51,153 nucleotides of DNA from a virus (lineage: Duplodnaviria; Heunggongvirae; Uroviricota; Caudoviricetes): the IMG/VR virus record IMGVR_UViG_3300025000_000056; one strand, written 5' to 3'. The notes under the pieces were generated by a model. The model saw only the letters and a list, made by a program, of their open reading frames with translations, had not been told where the DNA came from and made no database searches. Positions 17,727 through 24,393 of this stretch are shown here, one piece after another. Position 1 is the first letter of the stretch, and the number at the start of each line of letters is the position of its first letter. Position numbers and translations under genes: made by a program.

Positions 17727-18308
17727 ATGACCCAGTGGATTGGTTTAGTCTTATTCATGATGGTTTTTACGTACGGCGCTTACGTTATACTTAAGGCTTT
17801 TGGTTTTAATGATCTTTCTAAGGGAGTTATAATTCTAACAATACTAATTATTGTTAAGAGTACAGTCGTAACTCTAACTCCTTATATTAAGGCCGCTCAA
17901 ACTAAGACAAATTCAATACAAAACTCATTAGATCGCGTTGCAAACTTCGGTCAAGGCAAATGGAATTCACCGATTAAAGGTAAGATCACACAAGAGTATG
18001 CTGGGAAGGATCATCATGGCCTTGACTTTGCGGCTCCCGCTGGAACTAAAGTCAAAGCCACACGAGAAGGTGACGTATCGAAAGTAGGATGGGATGATAT
18101 CTACGGCAATATGATTGTGATCGACCATGACCAGGGAATGCAATCAATCTACGGTCATTTATCCGGTATCGATATTAAAGTAGGATATCCCGTAGTCGCT
18201 GGCCAGACTATTGGTAGTTGTGGAACTACGGGGCATTCCACTGGGCCTCATTTACATTTTGAATTAAGACGTAACGGTCTGGCTGTTGATCCTATGGGGT
18301 ATTTGTAA
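17727..18308 (+). CDS. Membrane-anchored M23 (LytM) peptidase with a SpoIIIAC-like two-TM N-terminus
   Basis: HHGLD (HxxxD), YGHL, STGPHLHFE; N-terminal YVILKAFG...VIILTILIIV hairpin. Confidence 0.9.
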   Translation: MTQWIGLVLFMMVFTYGAYVILKAFGFNDLSKGVIILTILIIVKSTVVTLTPYIKAAQTKTNSIQNSLDRVANFGQGKWNSPIKGKITQEYAGKDHHGLDFAAPAGTKVKATREGDVSKVGWDDIYGNMIVIDHDQGMQSIYGHLSGIDIKVGYPVVAGQTIGSCGTTGHSTGPHLHFELRRNGLAVDPMGYL

Positions 18309-18337
18309 AGTAGCTAGGGATAATCCCTAGCTACTTT
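18307..18337. terminator. Bidirectional terminator between convergent genes
   Basis: AAAGTAGCTAGGGA-TAA-TCCCTAGCTACTTT 14-bp stem. Confidence 0.8.
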
Positions 18338-18339
18338 CT

Positions 18340-18654
18340 TTAGTCTAGATACATATTCTCATTCCAGGTAAGGATGTTGTCGACCACGACCATCTTATGA
18401 ATTCCATGGAGTTTAAAGTGTCTGTAGTTTGAATCTCGTAGCTCACATTTTGCTAAGAATCCATGACCCTTTTGGTTCGACTGCAAGAACTTAATAGGCT
18501 TTACCAGTCTTGCAGTGAACTGGTGATCAGAATCCGTGTACTCAATGTAGAGCCACTTGTCTTTCGTGATAGCAAATCCGATGATGGCCTGCTGTCTAAT
18601 GTAATTGAATTCTTCTAACATTCGACTACCCTCTTTAAACCATGCTTTAATCAT
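18340..18654 (-). CDS. Stand-alone WYL-like domain protein
   Basis: LYIEYTD...TARLVKPI...FLAKCELR...RHFKLHGIHKM pattern; RBS AAGGAGG. Confidence 0.7.
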   Translation of the reverse strand: MIKAWFKEGSRMLEEFNYIRQQAIIGFAITKDKWLYIEYTDSDHQFTARLVKPIKFLQSNQKGHGFLAKCELRDSNYRHFKLHGIHKMVVVDNILTWNENMYLD

Positions 18655-18745
18655 ATAAGTTCCTCCCTTAATTCTATGTCATTACCTTAATACTAGTATC
18701 ACCAATTCTATTACATTTATGCATTATATTTTGTAATATATTTAT

Positions 18746-18774
18746 GTATAACATTTTGGTACATGGACATACTA
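18746..18774 (+). promoter_or_regulatory. sigmaG/sigmaF (forespore) promoter
   Basis: GTATA (18746-50), 17 nt, CATACTA (18768-74) fits sigmaG consensus; GGacAtAcTA (18765-74) also fits the sigmaF -10. Confidence 0.75.
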
Positions 18775-18795
18775 CTATCATAAGGTGGTGAGGCG

Positions 18796-18870
18796 GTGAG
18801 AAAATTACTAGGAATTCTTGTTATAGCAACACCGTTTATTGGTTTATTGATTTACAAATTAATTCATTAG
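18796..18870 (+). CDS. 24-aa hydrophobic membrane peptide (not in the ORF track)
   Basis: GTG after AAGGTGGTGAGG; MRKLLGILVIATPFIGLLIYKLIH; its stop overlaps the next RBS. Confidence 0.6.
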   Translation: MRKLLGILVIATPFIGLLIYKLIH

Positions 18871-18882
18871 GAGGAATTAATT

Positions 18883-19146
18883 ATGGCAAAAGCACACGTT
18901 ATTAAACTAAGACCCAATCAGGAGCCAGACGTTAAATCAGTACTCGATCTGTTTCCGGATCTACTTAAAGAAAAGCAGCCTATTATTATCGTGTTGAATC
19001 AGACACCGCCAGCCGTTCAGCGCAGGGTTTTAACAAGGCCTAATCTAAAACACTTTAGCTCGAAGATTAACACTACATGGGAGACAGTGAGTAAAGTTCT
19101 GGCGGTTTTATTCGTTCTCTATGTGATCCATGGTCTTGCAAACTGA
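18883..19146 (+). CDS. Small protein with a C-terminal membrane anchor
   Basis: RBS AGGAGG; C-terminal VLAVLFVLYVIHGLAN. Confidence 0.7.
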   Translation: MAKAHVIKLRPNQEPDVKSVLDLFPDLLKEKQPIIIVLNQTPPAVQRRVLTRPNLKHFSSKINTTWETVSKVLAVLFVLYVIHGLAN

Positions 19147-19167
19147 TGTCTTATTAAAGAAATAGGC

Positions 19168-19205
19168 CATAAACTTTAATAAGAAAATCCTTATTAAAGT
19201 TTATG
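19168..19205. terminator. AT-rich 16-bp inverted repeat with an alternative pairing partner
   Basis: CATAAACTTTAATAAG/CTTATTAAAGTTTATG; a third copy CTTATTAAAG at 19150-59. Confidence 0.55.
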
Positions 19206-19214
19206 AGCTTACTG

Positions 19215-19243
19215 GAATGATTTTGGATAATTGTTCATACAAT
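19215..19243 (+). promoter_or_regulatory. sigmaE-like promoter
   Basis: Consensus -10 CATACAAT (19236-43); GAATGAT (19215-21) at sigmaE spacing. Confidence 0.5.
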
Positions 19244-19276
19244 TTGTAATAGAGATTGATATAAGGAGTGATTATC

Positions 19277-19462
19277 GTGGATATTGTAGCGGTTCAGAAG
19301 ATCTTAACAGATGCTATAAAGGAATATGAACTCACAGGGAATCTTCCTGCAGAGGTTCTCGTAAGTTTTATCTCAGTGGATATTTACCGGAAGCTTAATG
19401 CCGGTTCGTCCAAAGTTTCGAAGCCGAAATCGCCAGGGTTTCCCTCTGGTCACCCTTCTTAA
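19277..19462 (+). CDS. Small hypothetical protein
   Basis: AAGGAGTG RBS then GTG; C-terminal third overlaps an antisense structured element. Confidence 0.5.
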   Translation: MDIVAVQKILTDAIKEYELTGNLPAEVLVSFISVDIYRKLNAGSSKVSKPKSPGFPSGHPS

Positions 19463-19552
19463 AAACGTGCGACCCTACTCTCCCTAGTAAAACTACTCGT
19501 CTTTCATACATTCTAGCGTATGATGCGACGTACCAGTAAACGAACCAACCAC
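19398..19552 (-). ncRNA. Candidate structured non-coding RNA
   Basis: On the - strand GTGGTTGGTTCGT pairs with ACGAACCGGCAT (12 bp with G-U pairs, one bulge); internal hairpins TCATAC/GTATGA, GG-GAAA-CC, TTTCG-GCTT-CGAAA; TATAGT just upstream. Confidence 0.4.
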
Positions 19553-19580
19553 CGTACTATAATTAAGGAGCTGACAATCA

Positions 19581-19748
19581 GTGCATAAATCTCTAATCAA
19601 CCATAGAGAAGGTAATGTATTGTATCCTAAGGCCTTTATTCATAGAATCTATAAAGCAAATTGGGAGCAGCTTAAGAAGTATTTAGATTCTAAGAATCCT
19701 TATCTATTACAGAAAACAAATAGCTCACTAGAAGTATTTCCCTTCTAG
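19581..19748 (+). CDS. Small hypothetical protein (55 aa; not in the ORF track)
   Basis: AAGGAG 10 nt before GTG; MHKSLINHREGNVLYPKAFIHRIYKANWEQLKKYL... Confidence 0.4.
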   Translation: MHKSLINHREGNVLYPKAFIHRIYKANWEQLKKYLDSKNPYLLQKTNSSLEVFPF

Positions 19749-19760
19749 TGAGCTATTTGT
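19716..19760. terminator. Hairpin at the convergence of the two gene blocks
   Basis: ACAAATAGCTCACTAGAAG/CTTCTAGTGAGCTATTTGT perfect 19-bp stem. Confidence 0.8.
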
Positions 19761-19769
19761 CTGTGTTAT

Positions 19770-19919
19770 TTATCGACTAGGCCCAAATTGTTCAAAGATC
19801 TTTCGAACCATTCTTCCGCCAACCGATCCGTTCTCACGACTTGTGCGATCTGCACCAAGTTGAATTCCTAATTCACGAGCTGTTTCCTCTTTATTAACGG
19901 GCATATTATACTTCGCCAT
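19770..19919 (-). CDS. ssp: Alpha/beta-type small acid-soluble spore protein (SASP), 49 aa; not in the ORF track
   Basis: AAAGGAGG RBS; MAKYNMPVNKEETARELGIQLGADRTSRENGSVGGRMVRKIFEQFGPSR has both SASP signatures (K.E.A.ELG and TSR.NGSVGG.M.K). Confidence 0.9.
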   Translation of the reverse strand: MAKYNMPVNKEETARELGIQLGADRTSRENGSVGGRMVRKIFEQFGPSR

Positions 19920-19975
19920 GTGTATCGCCTCCTTTTATTTATGATAGTATTATTGCTCGAAGACGACGATAATAA

Positions 19976-20539
19976 TCAGGTAAAGTCTGGCATTAGAAGG
20001 CCACCGGCCTGTAGTGCTTCAGCTATAAAAGCCTTAACAAAATCAACAACCACACCTAACTCTAGATCATTGTTAATCAGTAAATCACAATTGGTGAGAT
20101 TAGCCACGTCTTTATTATAGGTTCTGAAATGTTTGTAATAGTTAAACTCATCTGAACCATAGCGTTCTTTAAGACGACGCTTAATCTCTTCTTCATTACA
20201 TTTGACCCCAATGATAATGACATTATCAACGTGCCGCGTATAAGCATCCGATCCTTTACGGTTTAAAGCAATACAACAATCGACATTACTAGAGTTCAGC
20301 AATTCAAGTTGAACTTTTGTCATTCCATAGTAGTCACCTTGAATAATTTCATACGTAGCCCAGCCCTGTTCGGCGTCTAAGGCTTTAAATTCTTCGAGTG
20401 ATATAAAATGATAGTCAACACCATTGGTCTCATCAACGCGCTTCTCACGCGTTGTATACGTTATAAGAATCGGAAGACCACAGGCTTTAGTCAACGTTGT
20501 TTTGCCAGCACACGACGGGCCCTGAAAGATAACTAACAT
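19976..20539 (-). CDS. gmk: Guanylate kinase-like nucleoside monophosphate kinase
   Basis: GPSCAGKTT, TYTTREKR..E.NGVDYHFIS, YYGMT; start 20539 in a TAATG overlap. Confidence 0.88.
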   Translation of the reverse strand: MLVIFQGPSCAGKTTLTKACGLPILITYTTREKRVDETNGVDYHFISLEEFKALDAEQGWATYEIIQGDYYGMTKVQLELLNSSNVDCCIALNRKGSDAYTRHVDNVIIIGVKCNEEEIKRRLKERYGSDEFNYYKHFRTYNKDVANLTNCDLLINNDLELGVVVDFVKAFIAEALQAGGLLMPDFT

Positions 20540-20898
20540 TAATCGCATCCCCCTCCACAATCACAGCTTCCAGAATCAAAACCGCCAAAGTCACAGCTAT
20601 TACCGTGATCATGATGGTGATGTCCACCATCATAAGCACTAAACACACCCATATACGGAAGTACATAGTCATCGTTATTTCTATAAGAACTAGACTTTGG
20701 TGCAGGTGTCGATATTTTAACAGAGTGTATAGACTTAGTTACCGTCGTTTTGGGTTGTACTGAACTAGGTCTTGTATTGGCTTGATAAAATTCGGGTTCC
20801 GTCTTAGCCTCATAAGGTTTGGCGGGCTTCATGAGATACATAAAACATAGAGTACCTAAGATGACCATAATTGTGACTGCGATTAAGACAAATACCAT
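20539..20898 (-). CDS. Membrane-anchored protein with His/Cys/Gly-rich tail
   Basis: AAAGGAGG before ATG 20898; N-terminal TM helix; tail GGHHHHDHGNSCDFGGFDSGSCDCGGGCD. Confidence 0.7.
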   Translation of the reverse strand: MVFVLIAVTIMVILGTLCFMYLMKPAKPYEAKTEPEFYQANTRPSSVQPKTTVTKSIHSVKISTPAPKSSSYRNNDDYVLPYMGVFSAYDGGHHHHDHGNSCDFGGFDSGSCDCGGGCD

Positions 20899-20911
20899 AG
20901 TTATCCCTCCT

Positions 20912-21781
20912 TTATCTATAAATCTGACCATCGTCCGGCATGGTAATTTGAACAACCTTAACGGTACCGTAGTTCTCGTTAGCATCAACAGCAGAGATGC
21001 TAATATAAAGGGTATCACCTGGAGGAAACTCCATCGTAATGAATTCCTGATTTTGAACTAGTCCTTCATGGAGTTTAGTCCATGGCCCATAAGAACTATA
21101 AGAATAGCTTAATATATAACCCGCTACATCCGTACTATCATCAAAAACTAAAGTATCAGAGAGCGCGTACCAGTAGTCTTTAATACCGGGTTGATAGTAC
21201 GTCGTCACATTGTCTGAGGTGATATGAAAGTCATCCGTACCAATCCAGTACTCTTCGACGCGATAACTACGATGCTGCATATAGGCATAGGCCTCATGCC
21301 AGCCAACCGTAGTTAAATTATTACTAGGATCTGTTCCATGATAGATAAATGCCGGAGGCTCCGGAGGACAGGAATCAGTAAAGGGGTCAGTAAAATAACC
21401 TAGATTAATACTTTCATCCATAAAGACTCCATCACGATAAACCTTATAATAACAGAGTGGATTAACATTCCATGTAATCGTGACAGACTCATGATCATAC
21501 GTCGACTGCAGTTGAAGGTTTGATGTATCAAAATCATTGGTTGGCAATGTGATGTTAGGTATCGTCGCCGCATAGGTATCTGGGATAATAATCTGATGAA
21601 GAATTGTATTACTTAGTTTCCCCGAATTATCACGAGACTTCATCTTGAGATTCCAGACACCAGGATGGAGTGTCCGTTGAATTTGTGTTGACTCCGTATA
21701 GCCGGAGTCACATTGGCTAAAATCCATTGATAACTGGATACCGCGGTGTTGTTCAATTAATAGAATCTGTGGCGTATACAT
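20912..21781 (-). CDS. FN3/Ig-like beta-sandwich protein, probably virion-associated
   Basis: VTITWNVNPLCYYKVYRDG, YWYALSD, LYISISAVDANENYG. Confidence 0.6.
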   Translation of the reverse strand: MYTPQILLIEQHRGIQLSMDFSQCDSGYTESTQIQRTLHPGVWNLKMKSRDNSGKLSNTILHQIIIPDTYAATIPNITLPTNDFDTSNLQLQSTYDHESVTITWNVNPLCYYKVYRDGVFMDESINLGYFTDPFTDSCPPEPPAFIYHGTDPSNNLTTVGWHEAYAYMQHRSYRVEEYWIGTDDFHITSDNVTTYYQPGIKDYWYALSDTLVFDDSTDVAGYILSYSYSSYGPWTKLHEGLVQNQEFITMEFPPGDTLYISISAVDANENYGTVKVVQITMPDDGQIYR

Positions 21782-21794
21782 AGTTTCCTCCTAT

Positions 21795-22034
21795 TTACCA
21801 GCCTAGATTTTGAAACCTAAAGATTATAACATCCTCAGGAATGACATCAAATGTAAACTGAACAGTCAAGGCATTGAGCTCTAAGTAATCTTGGTTACGA
21901 ACCGCGACAACGCCGTTAAAGAAAACCGTAAGATCACCAAGTCCTGGATGATAGCCCTGTTTAAGATTAAAAATCTGAGTCGGTTCAATGACGGTATGTA
22001 TTTCTTCATCATTATAGGGTTCGTTCCAAGCCAT
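21795..22034 (-). CDS. Small beta-sandwich tail-type domain protein
   Basis: LTVFFNGV..VRNQDYLE...VQFTF....EDVIIF, a pattern typical of phage tail repeats. Confidence 0.55.
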   Translation of the reverse strand: MAWNEPYNDEEIHTVIEPTQIFNLKQGYHPGLGDLTVFFNGVVAVRNQDYLELNALTVQFTFDVIPEDVIIFRFQNLGW

Positions 22035-22045
22035 GTTAATTCCTC

Positions 22046-22372
22046 CTATCCGAGAAGCGTTGCCTTAAATGTTTCTGATTGAGTCGACTCGTGATAGATC
22101 TTAAGGATGACACGTTTACCAGCCGGTACGATAAAGGCACGATCTGCGACGTAGGCGGTACGTAAACTAGGACTGGTCTGATACGAATAATAAGCTCCAT
22201 CGCCTAATGCACCGATTTCATCATCGTCTTCAACATAGAGAGAAAATTCTGCGGAATAGGTGCCCGTTCCCATGAATCCCATAACCTTAGTAACTCCGTC
22301 AGATTCCCATTCAATAATGGATTGCTCTACTCCAGGTTGAATCAGTGTTCCTGAATTGTTTCGATAAATCAT
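22046..22372 (-). CDS. Hypothetical beta-rich protein
   Basis: Coupled ORF with RBS. Confidence 0.6.
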   Translation of the reverse strand: MIYRNNSGTLIQPGVEQSIIEWESDGVTKVMGFMGTGTYSAEFSLYVEDDDEIGALGDGAYYSYQTSPSLRTAYVADRAFIVPAGKRVILKIYHESTQSETFKATLLG

Positions 22373-22914
22373 TACATATCCTCCTCGTAAGTGTCGTCCA
22401 CGATGGTGATAGCCTTTAGTTTATCTAAGAGACCCTCTTCCTGGAGGCGTCTAATGAGATAGCCCTTGGTGATATCTTTATCATACTTAATCGTTAGTAA
22501 GTTGATCCCTTGTTCAACGCAGAGACGAGCTTTAAGTTTATCACAGGCCCGCAAGTATTCAAAGGCTTCTTTTGTCTTGTGCATATATGAATTATACGTG
22601 TAATGTTGCCTGCCATTAAATTCAAAGGCTAGGTTGAGTTTAGGGAAGAACATATCAAGTTGCATGGGTTGATTCTTTGGCGACATGAGCCAATTATAAT
22701 AACCACCAATAATGTATTCATCGTTAGGAAGTATCATAGCCATGACCTTATGCATCTCACGTTCACTCTTACTTTGCTGAGGTAAATTAGCCTTAGGTTG
22801 TTTGTAAACTCCCTTATAGGGATTACATTTCTTACAAAACTTTGGCTTCTTGGTTTTGTAATTTAACTTGGCACCGCATTTCGTACAACTTGCTGTCTTA
22901 TACATACGTACCAC
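22372..22914 (-). CDS. Zinc-ribbon plus Vsr/DUF559-like endonuclease
   Basis: CTKC...CKKC; LDMFFPKLNLAFEFNGRQHY. Confidence 0.8.
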   Translation of the reverse strand: MVRMYKTASCTKCGAKLNYKTKKPKFCKKCNPYKGVYKQPKANLPQQSKSEREMHKVMAMILPNDEYIIGGYYNWLMSPKNQPMQLDMFFPKLNLAFEFNGRQHYTYNSYMHKTKEAFEYLRACDKLKARLCVEQGINLLTIKYDKDITKGYLIRRLQEEGLLDKLKAITIVDDTYEEDM

Positions 22915-23707
22915 CCCTTAGTTTAGCAATAGTTGCCAAACGCCTTCTGTTAATAGTTGCCCTACAGGTTCCTAGGATGTTTGCTATCTGCTGATCTGTG
23001 AGTTCATCAATATAATAAAGCTTAATGATCTTTCGATCAAAGATACTTAATGTATGAAACGAATCCGAACAGGTAAGCCCGTTAACCCAGTTATCGTTGA
23101 TCTCATCCATGTCGTCTTCAATGCTTGAGGCCTCCATAGAAGCAATCCACTCATCTGAATGGTCCATATCAGATTCAATATACTGTGATAAATAATCCGC
23201 GTCTTCATCAGAATCAAAGCTTTGATTATTCTTTGCTTGAAAGACAACGGGGTCTGAGATAAGAGTCCGTAGCTGTCGGTGAAGTTGATAAGCAAATGTT
23301 TTATCTACGTAGTAATGAAATCGTGGTTTACCATCGGGTGATTTATAACGCTTAGCAAGCGTTAGTAAGGCAAGCGCTGTCTCTTGTATGATTTCTTCAT
23401 AAGAGTACTTGCTGAAGAATCCCTTAATTGAATTAGTGATCTTATAGATTTCATTGTGAGCAAATCGAGATCGTCTAAACCTATGAAGGTTAGCTCGTGT
23501 CAGAGGATTTGAAATATAAAGACTGATGAATTGCCGTTGTCCCCTGCGGGAAGCACTGATGGTTCCCTTTTTAATCAAGTTAACAAACTGAGCCATGTAT
23601 TCTTTGAATGCTATCAATAATTGTTCGGCCGCGCCTGATTTGTTTTCTTGATAAGCAAGGACTAAGGCTTCAGTTTCTTCATACGTAAACCGTTTAGTGT
23701 CTGTCAT
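22898..23707 (-). CDS. Phage sigma70-family RNA polymerase sigma factor
   Basis: Region-2-like EIIQETALALLTLAKRY...RFHYYV; region 4 IIKLYYIDELTDQQIANILGTCRATINRRR. Confidence 0.82.
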   Translation of the reverse strand: MTDTKRFTYEETEALVLAYQENKSGAAEQLLIAFKEYMAQFVNLIKKGTISASRRGQRQFISLYISNPLTRANLHRFRRSRFAHNEIYKITNSIKGFFSKYSYEEIIQETALALLTLAKRYKSPDGKPRFHYYVDKTFAYQLHRQLRTLISDPVVFQAKNNQSFDSDEDADYLSQYIESDMDHSDEWIASMEASSIEDDMDEINDNWVNGLTCSDSFHTLSIFDRKIIKLYYIDELTDQQIANILGTCRATINRRRLATIAKLRGGTYV

Positions 23708-23741
23708 GATGTCTTCCTCCGAACGTGTTACTGACCTCTCT

Positions 23742-24251
23742 TTAAGAAGCTCTACCTGCCTTTAGCAATTTGTGAGTATGATAAATTGCCAAGGCATCTG
23801 CCATATCATCCACCTTACCTTTACTAGTGAGTTGACTCAAAACAATCTCTTGATTTCCATAAAGATCTAAAACAGATTCCCGAACTTTATCTTTACTGGC
23901 ATTGCCTTTTCCGGTCACCGTCTTCTTAATCTCAGCAGGAGTATAAACAACGAAGGGTATATCAAGTAAACTGGTGGCAAGCATAATGACACCACGAGCT
24001 CTAGATAAGATCAAGGCTACCTGTTTATTGCCAGCTAAACCTGTATTAACAAATTGATCTTCTGATACTACCTCCGTGATCTCGTACCGAGAAACGATGC
24101 TTGCAAAGGCTGTGTAGATCTGACTGAGCCGTTTACTTTGTAGGTATTTAGGTATTGTCTTGATGACATTTAAATCAAGGACATGATCGTCATTATCAAA
24201 AATGACATAACCAGATGCTGCAAGGCTGGGATCAATTGCAAGCTTAGCCAC
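23742..24251 (-). CDS. ruvC: RuvC-like Holliday junction resolvase
   Basis: LAIDPSLAASGY, VVSEDQF, YTPAEIKKTVTGKGNASKD, DMADALAI. Confidence 0.9.
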   Translation of the reverse strand: MAKLAIDPSLAASGYVIFDNDDHVLDLNVIKTIPKYLQSKRLSQIYTAFASIVSRYEITEVVSEDQFVNTGLAGNKQVALILSRARGVIMLATSLLDIPFVVYTPAEIKKTVTGKGNASKDKVRESVLDLYGNQEIVLSQLTSKGKVDDMADALAIYHTHKLLKAGRAS

Positions 24252-24393
24252 GTTCTACAGCATCCTTAAGTTCCGCCGGTATGTTTCCCGTCTCCTTCAG
24301 TTTTGTCTTCCAAGCTTCGTTTAGGACTTCGACCTTTCCTTGATCGTCTTCTTTTAAAATAACTTCGCCTTGGCTGTTTTTCAATGTTAACAT
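24244..24393 (-). CDS. 49-aa protein overlapping the nuclease 3' end (not in the ORF track)
   Basis: AAAGGA RBS; MLTLKNSQGEVILKEEDQGKVEVLNEAWKTKLKETGNIPAELKDAVERG; its stop overlaps the ruvC GTG. Confidence 0.6.
   Translation of the reverse strand: MLTLKNSQGEVILKEDDQGKVEVLNEAWKTKLKETGNIPAELKDAVERG

Noticed and set aside
15631-18308. Conventional ICE/T4SS conjugation module
   Set aside because: No VirB4-like ATPase, no large membrane channel genes and no integrase in the window; four genes are too few for known Gram-positive T4SSs. Genes outside the window cannot be excluded
19360-19425. Hammerhead ribozyme on the - strand (CGAAAC...GTA...CTGAGA)
   Set aside because: No CUGANGA core, and stem III cannot form
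19505-19512. sigmaE -10 CATACATT
   Set aside because: No acceptable -35, and the motif is explained as one arm of the hairpin in the antisense structured element
19920-20120. + strand ORFs 19920-20120, 20819-21061, 21891-22082, 24824-25012, 26353-26601, 26649-26849, 27280-27606, 28396-28590, 32664-32855
   Set aside because: Antisense shadows of well-supported - strand genes
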